The notes: generated by a model not told the origin, from the letters alone. A DNA stretch of 64,000 nt from Nitrosopumilus sp. (GCA_965204345.1 OZ241981.1:1280001-1344000), one strand, 5' to 3'. Numbered from the stretch's first letter, positions 49,829 to 60,037 are shown. A program made the numbers and translations.

Positions 49829-50877
49829 GGTTCTATTGCATACCTTAACAAAGAAACAATCCCCCCCAAACCTGTAACTCTAAGACCTGTGTCTGTAGAT
49901 GAATCAACACTGTAAATTTTCACTCCCTTACTTTCTGCATCATTTAGAAAATCCATCACATCCTGTTCATCGTTTTCTTGTATTGCTTTGTCTGAAAATA
50001 CAAGTGATTCAACTGCCCCAATTTGATTGGCATTAAAAGTTTCTGTATATCCCATTGTGAATTTTCTACTTTTTTTGTTTGCCAGAACCATCACTTGATC
50101 TATAATAGACGATGCTTTAGCCAGCTTACTTTCTGACATTATTTCCTGCATTGCCTGAGATTTTGTAAATGTGTATATTCCGTCTTCACCCCCAGAATCA
50201 ATTCCTTCGACTAGTTTGATTTTGAATTTTTGTAGTTTTTGTGACTTTTCAACAAAGTTTGCAAATCTCTTTTTTGTTTGACCGGGCCCAAAAATCACTA
50301 TCATGTCGCCTTCCTTGAAAATAGTTGACACTGCTTGCTGTACCTGTTCAAAAAATTTATCAATATTGAAATTTGTTTTGTATCTTTTTCCACCGGATCC
50401 TGAATATATGTTTGGCATAAATTCTAAATGCGTACCCCGCAATCTTGCAATTCCACTGTCACTTGTATCAATTGCAATTAAGACAAAACCAATTTGACTA
50501 TTGCTTGATTCTAAAAGATTTTTTTCTACTGACAACCATCTCTTTTTTGTAATTGTAATTCCGTCATTAAGTTTTAAAATAAACGAATGGTGTGATCCAT
50601 GCGGTACTGATTCATTACTTGATTCAACAATTGTACCGCTAACTCGTAATCGATCCAAACCATCATCTAGTGAAATTTTTTCAACTGTTAATGCAATTCT
50701 AATCTTTATTCTCTCTCCTTTATCCGGCCTTGAATAATCTTTATCCTGTTTTAGAACTCTTGTTGTATCCCCAACCACCCTATCATTTTCCTTAATTATG
50801 CGACGTAAATTTAACAGGTCTTCAGAATCTTCTGATATGACAGATATTGAATTTTCATCTATCGTTTTTGTAATCAT
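49825..50877 (-). CDS. pelA: Ribosome rescue factor pelota
   Basis: EDSEDL, RLRVSG...GSHHS, GKRY, GPG.TK, GLGGIVSLLRY. Confidence 0.93.
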   Translation of the reverse strand: MITKTIDENSISVISEDSEDLLNLRRIIKENDRVVGDTTRVLKQDKDYSRPDKGERIKIRIALTVEKISLDDGLDRLRVSGTIVESSNESVPHGSHHSFILKLNDGITITKKRWLSVEKNLLESSNSQIGFVLIAIDTSDSGIARLRGTHLEFMPNIYSGSGGKRYKTNFNIDKFFEQVQQAVSTIFKEGDMIVIFGPGQTKKRFANFVEKSQKLQKFKIKLVEGIDSGGEDGIYTFTKSQAMQEIMSESKLAKASSIIDQVMVLANKKSRKFTMGYTETFNANQIGAVESLVFSDKAIQENDEQDVMDFLNDAESKGVKIYSVDSSTDTGLRVTGLGGIVSLLRYAIEP

Positions 50878-50909
50878 GATTCTATTCTAGTCTATAAAAA
50901 GAAGAGAGT

Positions 50910-51326
50910 TTAACTTGTACTTTCTTCGGCTTTTGTCTCTTCTGATTTCTTTTTTAGATAATTTTCGACCCATTCTAAAGTAAGAACACCTGATTCAGAC
51001 AGATTTGTAAGAGAATTTGCAGAAGCTTCTCCTGTAACCTTGCCGTTGTTTCTTCTTAACTGTCTCCATTTTAGGGACGTGTTCCCACTTTTTGAATTGT
51101 AAATAATTCCTAACACATCCTTTCCATTCACAAATGTAATGTCTCTAATTTTTTTCAAGGTAACTTTGTCAGCTGCCTCTACATATATTGCTCCAAGGCT
51201 ATCCTCCCTTTCTGCAAAAACTTCAAAATCTTCCAAATAGGCTCTTGGCGCATATGATTTGCATGTACTTGAAATGACGAATCTTCTAAAACTTTCCAAT
51301 GAAGCAGGAGTCTCTATTGTTACCAT
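50910..51326 (-). CDS. Conserved hypothetical protein
   Basis: Start re-assigned to ATG 51326 (MVTIETPASLES...); the track's longer version overlaps the sRNA and yjbQ antisense. Confidence 0.7.
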   Translation of the reverse strand: MVTIETPASLESFRRFVISSTCKSYAPRAYLEDFEVFAEREDSLGAIYVEAADKVTLKKIRDITFVNGKDVLGIIYNSKSGNTSLKWRQLRRNNGKVTGEASANSLTNLSESGVLTLEWVENYLKKKSEETKAEESTS

Positions 51327-51402
51327 TTTGAATGATCCAATTATTAGCCATTTATCAAGCTTCTTGAAAGACTCAATAGGAATCCACCTCAAATATCGCA
51401 TA

Positions 51403-51460
51403 CGGGCCATGATGTACCTATCCCTTTGATTGATGATGAGGATCTTGAGTTCTGAGCCTG
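51403..51460 (+). ncRNA. Box C/D guide sRNA, predicted to target tRNA-Leu(CAA) C34
   Basis: Terminal stem CGGGC/GCCTG; C box ATGATG(T) 51409-15; D' TTGA; C' ATGATGA 51433-39; D guide GGATCTTGAGTT 51440-51; D box CTGA 51452-55. Confidence 0.75.
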
Positions 51461-51498
51461 TTCCTAGGATTTTAATAAATGATTTTAAATAAAAAATC

Positions 51499-51918
51499 AT
51501 GAGGTCTCTTACCGAATATCTGACGTTTAAGGTAAAAACCAGAAGGGCATTTGTCAATATTACTTCTGATGTAGAAAAACTGGTATCAAAAAGCAAAATT
51601 CAAGAGGGATTATGTCTTGTCAATGCAATGCACATTACTGCTAGTGTGTTCATCAATGATAATGAAAGCGGATTATTACATGATTATGAAAAATGGTTAG
51701 AAGAATTGGCCCCGCACAAACCAACTATGCAATATGATCATAATAATACCGGAGAAGATAATGCAGATGCTCATTTAAAACGACAAGTAATGGGAAGAGA
51801 AGTTGTAATTGCTATCACTAAAGGCAAATTAGATTTTGGACCATGGGAAGAAATTTTCTATGGAGAATTTGATGGTAAGAGATCAAAAAGAGTCTTAGTT
51901 AAAATTATTGGTGAGTAA
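51499..51918 (+). CDS. yjbQ: YjbQ/UPF0047 family protein
   Basis: [37 protein letters not shown]. Confidence 0.92.
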   Translation: MRSLTEYLTFKVKTRRAFVNITSDVEKLVSKSKIQEGLCLVNAMHITASVFINDNESGLLHDYEKWLEELAPHKPTMQYDHNNTGEDNADAHLKRQVMGREVVIAITKGKLDFGPWEEIFYGEFDGKRSKRVLVKIIGE

Positions 51919-52131
51919 TCATCCAAAGTCTGCATCACGTTTCTGACTTTGTGATTCATTTTTCCTTGCGGCATCTCTGAATTCATCACTATGATTTTGT
52001 GGTCCGTGTCCGCATTTTACACATGCAATTTTGAATCCATCGTCATTTTTTTCATACGTTTCACATCCGCAGAAACATGCCATATTTGAACATGTTTTAT
52101 GATACGATATATCTTTTGGGATAAGTTTCAC
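51919..52131 (-). CDS. 70-aa Cys/His-rich protein
   Basis: C-x4-C-x-C-x-C...CxxCxH-x4-H pattern; start overlaps the stop of the DtxR-family gene. Confidence 0.65.
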   Translation of the reverse strand: MKLIPKDISYHKTCSNMACFCGCETYEKNDDGFKIACVKCGHGPQNHSDEFRDAARKNESQSQKRDADFG

Positions 52132-52583
52132 TATGTTGATCTACAACATTCGCCCATTGGAATTTCATGGCCATGTGGACATTTTCTTGGATGTTTTAGC
52201 ATGACACAAAGGGCATCCGTAAATTGTTTATTCATGTGATGTTCAATTCCACATACCATCTCTTCATCAATTTCCACTTTGAGTGCACTATCCATAAGAA
52301 CTTCTAATAGCCTGCTATTTCTCATCATACTTGAACCTATTTTCTCACCCTCTTCTGTAAGTTTGACTCCTGCCTTGTTGTAATTTACAAGATTTTTACC
52401 GTTTAATTTTTTTAGCATTTGAACAACACTTGGCTGTCTAACGTTGAGCATTTTAGCAATAGTGCTGATTTTGACATCCTCTCCTCTTTCTTTAATATGC
52501 CAAATTGCTTTTAGATACATTTCCACATGCTCTGCTTCTGCAGTTCCTACAAATAGAATTTCATCATCATTTGTCATATCCAT
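52131..52583 (-). CDS. DtxR/MntR-family metal-dependent regulator
   Basis: EMYLKAI, HTH (QPSVVQMLKKL), RLLE, CGIEH, CPHGHEIP. Confidence 0.9.
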   Translation of the reverse strand: MDMTNDDEILFVGTAEAEHVEMYLKAIWHIKERGEDVKISTIAKMLNVRQPSVVQMLKKLNGKNLVNYNKAGVKLTEEGEKIGSSMMRNSRLLEVLMDSALKVEIDEEMVCGIEHHMNKQFTDALCVMLKHPRKCPHGHEIPMGECCRST

Positions 52584-52584
52584 A

Positions 52585-53352
52585 CTACATCTTTTTCGAA
52601 TCTTTTAATAAATATTCAAAATATTGACGTGCAAATCCTGCCAAACCCGCATGATCTGCCCAAATGGCAACGACCTCTGAGGAATTAATTCCTCCTAATT
52701 CCGGACCTAATAGGATCACAACATATCTTTTGTCTGATATTATACCCCCCCCAAACAGCCCTTTCTTGATTTTTACAGTTGAGACCCTCTTGATTGCCTT
52801 AATTGATTCTTTGTCCATTTTATCTGATGTCAATATTGTAATGTTGACTCCCTTATCATGAAGTGATCTTAATTTTGGCAGTGCCTGTTTGACTAATTCA
52901 ACTCCTGCTTCAGGTAATGCAATCATTACCTCATTTCTACAAGTATCAACCATCTCTAAAATTTTAGCTGCAATATTTACTGCCCCTGATAGTACCCAAA
53001 TATCAGGTCTTTCACTAGTGCCACTTTTTTCATATAATGGAACTAGTTCATTTAAAATTACATTTTGATTTTCTGAAAAATCTGATTCCATTTTCTGTTT
53101 TGTGGTTTCTATTCCCGTTGATGGCGATTTTGCAAAGTATTTTGTCGGCCTTGAATCATCAGAGCCTATCCATCCCTTGTCTTCTAGTGTCCCTAGCACT
53201 TCATAAATTTTTGAATATGGCACTCCTGATTTTTGGCTAAGATCCGATGCTGTTAATTCGCCTGATTTGAGCAATGATGAAAATGTCCTAATTTCATAAC
53301 TTGTAAGACCAATTTTTTCTAGAGCCTTTCTTGTTTTATCTGATATACTCAT
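52585..53352 (-). CDS. TrmB-family transcriptional regulator
   Basis: GLTSYE, SGVPYSKIYEVL..LEDKG, RPTKYFA; PLD-like effector domain. Confidence 0.9.
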   Translation of the reverse strand: MSISDKTRKALEKIGLTSYEIRTFSSLLKSGELTASDLSQKSGVPYSKIYEVLGTLEDKGWIGSDDSRPTKYFAKSPSTGIETTKQKMESDFSENQNVILNELVPLYEKSGTSERPDIWVLSGAVNIAAKILEMVDTCRNEVMIALPEAGVELVKQALPKLRSLHDKGVNITILTSDKMDKESIKAIKRVSTVKIKKGLFGGGIISDKRYVVILLGPELGGINSSEVVAIWADHAGLAGFARQYFEYLLKDSKKM

Positions 53353-53470
53353 ATGCGATCTTGTCGATCAGTTTTGGTATTTAAATCCAATATGCCTGCT
53401 TACTAAATTACCCCCGGTGGCAAGTATGAAATGGATTATATACTATCTCAGAAAAATTCACATTGTAGGC

Positions 53471-55135
53471 ATGGCATTAATCCAAATATCAAATCAATCA
53501 ACCAAAAATTTAGGCAAAAAATCCACAATTAGATTTACTCAAAGTATCTGTCCTGACTGTAACATGATTTTAGATGCAGAAGTCTTTGAGCGAGATAGCC
53601 AAGTTTTCATGTCAAAAGTCTGTCCGACTCATGGCGAATGTGAGGAATTATACTTTGGTTCTTATGAAATGTACAAGAAATTTAGTACATATTGGATGGA
53701 CGGAAAAGGTGCTCACTCTCCAAATGTAATGATTGACAAATGTTCATGTCCAAATAATTGCGGACTGTGTTCAAACCACTTGTCTCACAGTGGGTTAGCA
53801 AACATGATTGTAACTAACAGATGTGATCTGACATGCTGGTATTGTTTCTTCTATGTAAAGAAGGGTCTTGAAGGCGCCTACATGTATGAGCCGGATCATA
53901 CCCAAGTTAGAGCCATGATGAAGACTCTAAGAGCTGAAAGACCAATTCCAGGAAATTCCATGCAAATTACGGGCGGTGAGCCAATGCTTAGAGAAGATAT
54001 CTCTGATATTATCAAAATAATGAAAGAAGAAGGCGTTGATCATATCCAGATGAACACAAACGGTATTAGACACGCAATGGATCCAGAAGCTGCAAGAGAA
54101 GTAAGACTTGCCGGATGTAACAACCTGTATCTTTCTTTTGATGGTGTGACTGCAAGGACAAACCCAAAGAACCACTGGGAAATTCCATATGCACTTGATA
54201 GCTGCAGAAAAACTGGCACTACGGTTGTATTTGTTCCAACAGTAATCAAATCAATTAATGATCATGAATTAGGCGGAATTATCAGATATGCACAAAAGAA
54301 CATGGATGTGGTTCATGCTGTAAACTTCCAACCTGTATCACTAACTGGCAGAATGGGCAAATCTGAACGTGAAAAATACAGAATTACGGTGCCTGATTGC
54401 GTTCAAAGAATTGAGGAACAGACAAACGGTGAGGTAACTGTTGATGATTGGTTCCCAGTACCAAGCTGTATGCCACTGACAAATGTAATTGAAGCATTTT
54501 CAAGCAAGCCAAAATATGAATTATCAATTCACTTTGCATGTGGTGCAGGAACGTACATCTTTGAGGATGCAGATACCAAAAAGTTTGTACCATTAACCAA
54601 GTTCTGTGACATTCAAGGAATGTTGGAATTATTTGAAGATAAGGCAGAGGAGATTCGTTCTGGTAAAAACAAGTACTTTACAATGCTTGAGGTCGTTAGA
54701 AAACTCAAAGGCTTTGTTGATACAAAGAAGCAACCAGCAGGATTAGATTTGGCAAAAATGTTCGGTAACATCTTGATGAAGAGATCATTTGATTCGGTTG
54801 GTTCATGGCATGTCAAAGGACTATTCCTTGGCATGATGCACTTTCAAGACAAATACAATGAAGACCTTGAAAGATTGCAGAGATGTGATATCCATTATGT
54901 AACTCCTGATCTCAGGATAGTCCCATTTTGTGCATTTAATGTGATTCCCGAATGGTACAGAGACAGAATACAAAAGAAATATTCTATCACTGTGGAGGAA
55001 TGGGAGGAAAGAGAGGGTGTCAAATTAGAAGACGGTCTTTACAGAGGTCTTATGAGACGCGGAGCAGGTGACGAACTTGCTGCTGGCTGTGCAAAGAGTC
55101 AGATGTTCCATGATGCAGCACAGGCAACAATGTAA
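53471..55135 (+). CDS. tes: Radical SAM tetraether (GDGT) lipid synthase Tes (MJ0619-like)
   Basis: N-terminal CPDC/CPTHG, CPNNCGLCSNH, VTNRCDLTCWYC, HFACG, RCDIHY...PFC; ATG at 53471. Confidence 0.88.
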   Translation: MALIQISNQSTKNLGKKSTIRFTQSICPDCNMILDAEVFERDSQVFMSKVCPTHGECEELYFGSYEMYKKFSTYWMDGKGAHSPNVMIDKCSCPNNCGLCSNHLSHSGLANMIVTNRCDLTCWYCFFYVKKGLEGAYMYEPDHTQVRAMMKTLRAERPIPGNSMQITGGEPMLREDISDIIKIMKEEGVDHIQMNTNGIRHAMDPEAAREVRLAGCNNLYLSFDGVTARTNPKNHWEIPYALDSCRKTGTTVVFVPTVIKSINDHELGGIIRYAQKNMDVVHAVNFQPVSLTGRMGKSEREKYRITVPDCVQRIEEQTNGEVTVDDWFPVPSCMPLTNVIEAFSSKPKYELSIHFACGAGTYIFEDADTKKFVPLTKFCDIQGMLELFEDKAEEIRSGKNKYFTMLEVVRKLKGFVDTKKQPAGLDLAKMFGNILMKRSFDSVGSWHVKGLFLGMMHFQDKYNEDLERLQRCDIHYVTPDLRIVPFCAFNVIPEWYRDRIQKKYSITVEEWEEREGVKLEDGLYRGLMRRGAGDELAAGCAKSQMFHDAAQATM

Positions 55136-55148
55136 AAGGAAATATTTT

Positions 55149-55261
55149 CTAGTTTTTCACCTTTTTCAATAGATTTTAAAAATTTTCCAAGACCATCAAC
55201 TTCTTTTGAAGATGCCCTTACGAAAATCATACCATTGTCGTCTAAACCAAGTATCATTCAT
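55149..55261 (-). pseudogene. Internally deleted remnant of a small membrane-protein gene
   Basis: MNDTWFRRQWYDFRK joined out of frame to RASSKEVDGLGKFLKSIEKGE; resembles the two ends of a recalled Nitrosopumilaceae hypothetical family. Confidence 0.4.
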
Positions 55262-55332
55262 GTTTGCTAGTAAACTAAAACAGAATTAAGAACTGCCTAG
55301 TTTGTTTTTTTAATTTTTAGATGATGTAGAAT

Positions 55333-56373
55333 CTATTTTTCCCCATTAACGCTATATCCACTCTCAATTTCGTTAAAATGAATGATTTTTAATTTAATGT
55401 CTTTAAACCATCTTCTGACTTCTTCTTCTGAGTGTCTATATGCAAATTTTGGAAAATACCAATCATAATTTGTTGCAACACTTTGATCAAAAGGCACATC
55501 TGGAGACCACCAACATTTTAAAAAATTCCAATACAAAAATCGTTGAACATCATATGTGCCCGCTTTTATTTTTAATAATGGAATATCATCCGTTATTGTA
55601 ATTTTCTTTTTTAATTGAGATAAATTTTTTCCTAATAATGCCATGCTTTTTGAAAATTCCATGCATTGTTTTTCAGTCATAGTTACTGTCGACTCTCTTA
55701 TGTGATCATCTGCAAATTCACGTAATGGCCCTTTTTTCCTGTATACGTAGATTGAAATCAAACCCTTTTTCACTAATAGCTTTGCAAGCATTTTGAATGA
55801 AGATTCTGTATCCTTGGTATGATGCAATACTTGATCAGAACAAATAAAATCAAAGAAATTTTTTCTGAATGGCAATTTTCTAATATCTGCTTGTAAAAAG
55901 TGAATATTTTTTATTTTGTGATATTTTTTATAGGCATATTCTACACTTTCACTTGCATCAATTGCAAATACTTGAGCGTTTGGATTTGATGAAAATAATC
56001 TTGCACTATTTCCAACGCCGGTACCTGCATCAAGAATTTTTGAGCGGGTTTTCAAAAAACTATCCAATTTTGAAATGGTGTTCCAACCAAATCTCTCCAA
56101 AAACCATTTTTTCTGACCTTCAACCCATTTTTTATTATGATATGTTTTGTTAAAATATCTCCATTTGGATGAAAATGCATCTTCTGTTTTTACAAAATCT
56201 TGCTGCTTATCTGAAACTAAACGTGGAATGCCCCCAATTATTAAAAAACTGTGTTTTTTAGTACAAGTGAGGCTGCCTTCGATGATCTCTTCTTTTTCTT
56301 TTTTCTTAATTTTAAGAGAAAAATCAGTGCGGCATTCCGGACAAATTATCTGTTCTATTAATTTTATCTTCAT
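55333..56373 (-). CDS. Trm112-like domain fused to class I SAM methyltransferase
   Basis: ICPEC...IIEGSLTC..H.F.I.GGIPRL; ILDAGTGVG, QADI..LPF, VLHH. Confidence 0.85.
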   Translation of the reverse strand: MKIKLIEQIICPECRTDFSLKIKKKEKEEIIEGSLTCTKKHSFLIIGGIPRLVSDKQQDFVKTEDAFSSKWRYFNKTYHNKKWVEGQKKWFLERFGWNTISKLDSFLKTRSKILDAGTGVGNSARLFSSNPNAQVFAIDASESVEYAYKKYHKIKNIHFLQADIRKLPFRKNFFDFICSDQVLHHTKDTESSFKMLAKLLVKKGLISIYVYRKKGPLREFADDHIRESTVTMTEKQCMEFSKSMALLGKNLSQLKKKITITDDIPLLKIKAGTYDVQRFLYWNFLKCWWSPDVPFDQSVATNYDWYFPKFAYRHSEEEVRRWFKDIKLKIIHFNEIESGYSVNGEK

Positions 56374-56443
56374 TTAACAGCCTAAAAATTGCAGATAAAT
56401 AAAAATTAGCTGAAGTTAATTTTGAGTCAGTAACAAAAATATT

Positions 56444-57664
56444 TTAAACTGAAAGTTTTGTTTCAGAATTCATTTCATTTGTTACAAAAATTCTAAACCA
56501 TACTTCAAAAGCAAGTAATCCTAGAAATTTATTGACATATCTGACATCATCCAAATTTTCTTTAAGGTGTGTTTCAACCCATTTTTTGCTGATCCAATCA
56601 TTCTCAGATATATTGCCATGCACAACATATTTTTCACATAATTTGAATCCGTATTTTCTCCATAGATTGACAGTATTTACAGAAAAACCTTGTTTTTTAG
56701 GATTTATCAAATCTAGTTTGACATACTTTGACAAAATTTCCCTCAATGGAATTTTTCCAACACCACTATCTGGATTGTATTTTAATCTTGACTCTAAATG
56801 AGAAGCAAAAGTAATGATGTCGTTATTCAATAATGGCGTTACGGATTTTATTTTAAAATAATCATAAAAAGCGGAATTAATCGGCTTGAAATTAAATAAT
56901 AGTTTACCGTTGTAATCTGCCAACAACACTTTTTCTAAATCTCCAAGCGAATTTTCAAAATATGGTCTTAAAATTTGATAAATTTTTTCCCAAGAAAATC
57001 CAATTTTTGAACCAAACAATTTCTCTTGATCCGGGACCCAGTCTCTTTCATGACAGTTCAGATATGCTATGGTCTTTTCTTTCCAATTCCATTTTTCAGA
57101 AATTAATGAAAAATACTTTTGATATCTGAACACATAGCCTCCAAAAAGTTCATCTCCTCCATCACCAGAAACTAAATAATCAGAAATTGATTTTGCTTTT
57201 TTAACTATGTGATACCAGTGTAAATCCCAAAATGGCTGTTTTGTTATGTATATTGATTTAGGTAATTCAACTAGAAAATTATCTAGACTTATTATTTCAT
57301 GAGATACTCCAAAATGCTTGGCAATATTTGCAGCATAGCTAGTTTCATCCATACTGTCTGAAAATCTCATAGAAATGGCATTGATTTCTAGTTGAGGAAA
57401 ACTTTTTTGAAATAAAGCAAGCATCAGGGTTGAATCAATACCTGCACTCAAAGCAATTGATATCTTTTTGACATCTTCTTGAAGACTTTTTTTAATCGAT
57501 TTGACTAGGTTTTCTTCTACTGAATCTGCCGAATAGTTCTTTTTTATAGGTTGAAAATCCTTCCACGTTAATTTTGGAAGCTGTGGTTTAGAGTCATAGT
57601 TGTACCTTAAAGTTAGGATGCTTGAAATAGATTCTGAAGATAATTTTAAATTAGATTTTTCCAC
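56444..57664 (-). CDS. Asparagine synthase-like amidotransferase, synthetase domain only
   Basis: ALSAGIDS, SGDGGDELFGGY, KKQGF; no N-terminal Cys1 Ntn glutaminase domain. Confidence 0.8.
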   Translation of the reverse strand: MEKSNLKLSSESISSILTLRYNYDSKPQLPKLTWKDFQPIKKNYSADSVEENLVKSIKKSLQEDVKKISIALSAGIDSTLMLALFQKSFPQLEINAISMRFSDSMDETSYAANIAKHFGVSHEIISLDNFLVELPKSIYITKQPFWDLHWYHIVKKAKSISDYLVSGDGGDELFGGYVFRYQKYFSLISEKWNWKEKTIAYLNCHERDWVPDQEKLFGSKIGFSWEKIYQILRPYFENSLGDLEKVLLADYNGKLLFNFKPINSAFYDYFKIKSVTPLLNNDIITFASHLESRLKYNPDSGVGKIPLREILSKYVKLDLINPKKQGFSVNTVNLWRKYGFKLCEKYVVHGNISENDWISKKWVETHLKENLDDVRYVNKFLGLLAFEVWFRIFVTNEMNSETKLSV

Positions 57665-59030
57665 GTCCCAATCCTCTGAAAATCAATCCTGCTTTTTTAG
57701 CAACATGATCATCGATTATTCCTCTAGAATCAATAAGAATTGGCGTATTCATCTTTTTTCTTAAATTTTCAAGATCTAACTCAAAAAATTCTTTATGTGC
57801 AGTGACTAATATTATTGCATCTACGCTTGATATTGCATCATCTAAGTTGGTTTCAGTCTGAATACCGTAGATATTCATAGATTTGAAATATGGGTCATAA
57901 ATTTTAACATCTGCTTCTAACTCTTGAAGTTTTGAAACTATCATTTCTGCTGGAGCTAATTGAATATCCTTGACATTTGGCTTGTATGATATTCCTAAAA
58001 CAAGAATTTTTGATAAGCTCAATTTCTTCCCCATCTCCTTAAATGTATCTTGTAAAAGTTCAACCACATGAAATGGCATAAATTCGTTAATTTCACGGGC
58101 AACTTTTACTATTTTCAATAGTCCATCTTGAACTCCTTTTGCTGAATTTAGCATTTGGTATGAATTTACTGGCAAACACGGTCCACCAACACCAGCACCA
58201 GGATGATGTATTTGAAAATTATATTTTTTATCTGCAGCATCAAGAACAGTTAAAATATCTATTCCTAACTTTTCATAAAGTAAAGCAAGTTCATTTACAA
58301 ATGCGATATTAACATCTCGAAAAACATTTGTAGTTAGTTTTACAGCATTAGCAGTCTTACAATTAGGCATTTGAATTAAATCTACTGGAAATACATGTTT
58401 GTATATCTCCATAATTATGTCTCTAGTTTTTTTATCTGTTGCACCAACCAGACGGGGCAAATTTTCAAAATCCCGCATAATCTCTCCTGGGTTTGCTGTT
58501 TCAGGACAGACTCCCAAACCAAAATTTGTACCTGCTTTTAATTTTTTTGAACCTCCTTCCAATATGTTGATAAAATCTTTTTCAATAAAACCTGGTTCTA
58601 TAGTACTTTCCACGATTAAAATTGTTCCGGGATTCATCAAGTCTTTGAGTTGATTGCCAACATTTCTTATGGCAGTATAATCTGGAACATTTTGCTTATT
58701 CATTGGGGTAGGTAAAGACAGTACAAGAATATCTGATTTTAAAATCCCCTCCTCTATTTTTGTTGTAGCAATAAATTTTTTATTATTAATCACATCGGAA
58801 AAAACCTCATTATATCCTGGTTCGTCTTTTAATGGATAATCTTTTTGATTTATTCTATCAACTAGTTTTTCATTAATATCCATCCCAATTGTATCCAAGC
58901 CAGATTTTGCAAAGGATAATGCAGTGGGTAATCCTATTCTACCTATCCCTATTACGCCCACAATGACTTGATTATTGGCTATCTCATTCTGAATCTTTTC
59001 AAAATCTATGGAAAAAATATTCTTATTCAT
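57651..59030 (-). CDS. UDP-HexNAc 6-dehydrogenase (WecC/WbpA-like)
   Basis: GIGRIGLP, ESTIEPG, CPE..NPG, KLTTNVFRDVNIA, GVGGPC, YKPNVKD. Confidence 0.9.
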   Translation of the reverse strand: MNKNIFSIDFEKIQNEIANNQVIVGVIGIGRIGLPTALSFAKSGLDTIGMDINEKLVDRINQKDYPLKDEPGYNEVFSDVINNKKFIATTKIEEGILKSDILVLSLPTPMNKQNVPDYTAIRNVGNQLKDLMNPGTILIVESTIEPGFIEKDFINILEGGSKKLKAGTNFGLGVCPETANPGEIMRDFENLPRLVGATDKKTRDIIMEIYKHVFPVDLIQMPNCKTANAVKLTTNVFRDVNIAFVNELALLYEKLGIDILTVLDAADKKYNFQIHHPGAGVGGPCLPVNSYQMLNSAKGVQDGLLKIVKVAREINEFMPFHVVELLQDTFKEMGKKLSLSKILVLGISYKPNVKDIQLAPAEMIVSKLQELEADVKIYDPYFKSMNIYGIQTETNLDDAISSVDAIILVTAHKEFFELDLENLRKKMNTPILIDSRGIIDDHVAKKAGLIFRGLGRGKI

Positions 59031-59130
59031 TACTATTCCTTATTTTTTTGCATTAATGCTTTTATTTAATTCATCAATAATTAGTATAATCATATGAAAA
59101 CTTAAAGAACAAATAATTTTCATCAAATCT

Positions 59131-60027
59131 ATGCGTTTTGTAGTAACAGGCGGTGCAGGTTTTATTGGAAGTCATCTATCAAAACTTCTTGTTTCACAAG
59201 GACATTCAGTTACTGTCATTGACAATCTATTTCGTGGACGTATGGAAAATCTTGAAACTATTCTAGATAAGATCAAGTTTCTGAATTTGGATATACTTGA
59301 TTATGAGAATCTACAAAAAAATCTTAAAAACATTGATGGTGTTTTCCATCAAGCTGCACTTACATCAGTCCCAGAATCATATGTTAGGGAAGATGAATAC
59401 AAGTCAATTAATGTAACGGGAACAGAAAATATTTTCAAAATAGCACATAAAAATAATTTCAAAGTTGTTTATGCTAGCAGTTCAAGCGTGTATGGAGACG
59501 CATCTATACTTCCAATTAAAGAAAATTCTGAAAAAAAACCAATTAATCCTTATGGCTTTACAAAACTTGAGGATGAATTTTTATCTGACAAGTATTCAAA
59601 AATAGGAACACAAATTATTGGATTAAGATATTTTAATGTTTTTGGTAAAGGTCAAACTTTGGATTATGCTGGCGTAATTACAAAATTTTTGGAAAATATT
59701 GCAAATGACAAATCCCCCGTAATTTTTGGTACCGGTTCACAGTCTCGCGATTTTATTTTTGTTAAAGATGTAGCAAATGCTAATCTTGCAGCAATGCTTA
59801 GTTCTATAGAACATGGATTTTTTAATGTTGGCACAGGCAAAGTTGCTTCCATTGAAGAGCTTGCAAATCTGATGATAAAAATTTCTGGCAAATCATTGGA
59901 TCCTGTATTTGATAAACTACCTAAAGGAGATATAAAATCAAGCCAATCTGATATATCACTTGCAAAAAAATATCTTTCTTGGGAGCCTGAAACAAGTTTA
60001 GAAGATGGTCTTTCCACATTATTTTAA
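59131..60027 (+). CDS. NAD-dependent UDP-sugar 4-epimerase (GalE/WbpP-like)
   Basis: TGGAGFIG, ASSSSVYG, YGFTK, LRYFNVFG, RDFIFV. Confidence 0.9.
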   Translation: MRFVVTGGAGFIGSHLSKLLVSQGHSVTVIDNLFRGRMENLETILDKIKFLNLDILDYENLQKNLKNIDGVFHQAALTSVPESYVREDEYKSINVTGTENIFKIAHKNNFKVVYASSSSVYGDASILPIKENSEKKPINPYGFTKLEDEFLSDKYSKIGTQIIGLRYFNVFGKGQTLDYAGVITKFLENIANDKSPVIFGTGSQSRDFIFVKDVANANLAAMLSSIEHGFFNVGTGKVASIEELANLMIKISGKSLDPVFDKLPKGDIKSSQSDISLAKKYLSWEPETSLEDGLSTLF

Positions 60028-60037
60028 GAATTTGCTC

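Noticed and set aside
51327-51596. N-terminal extension of ORF 50910..51596
   Set aside because: It is antisense to yjbQ and the C/D sRNA; ATG 51326 is the more plausible start.
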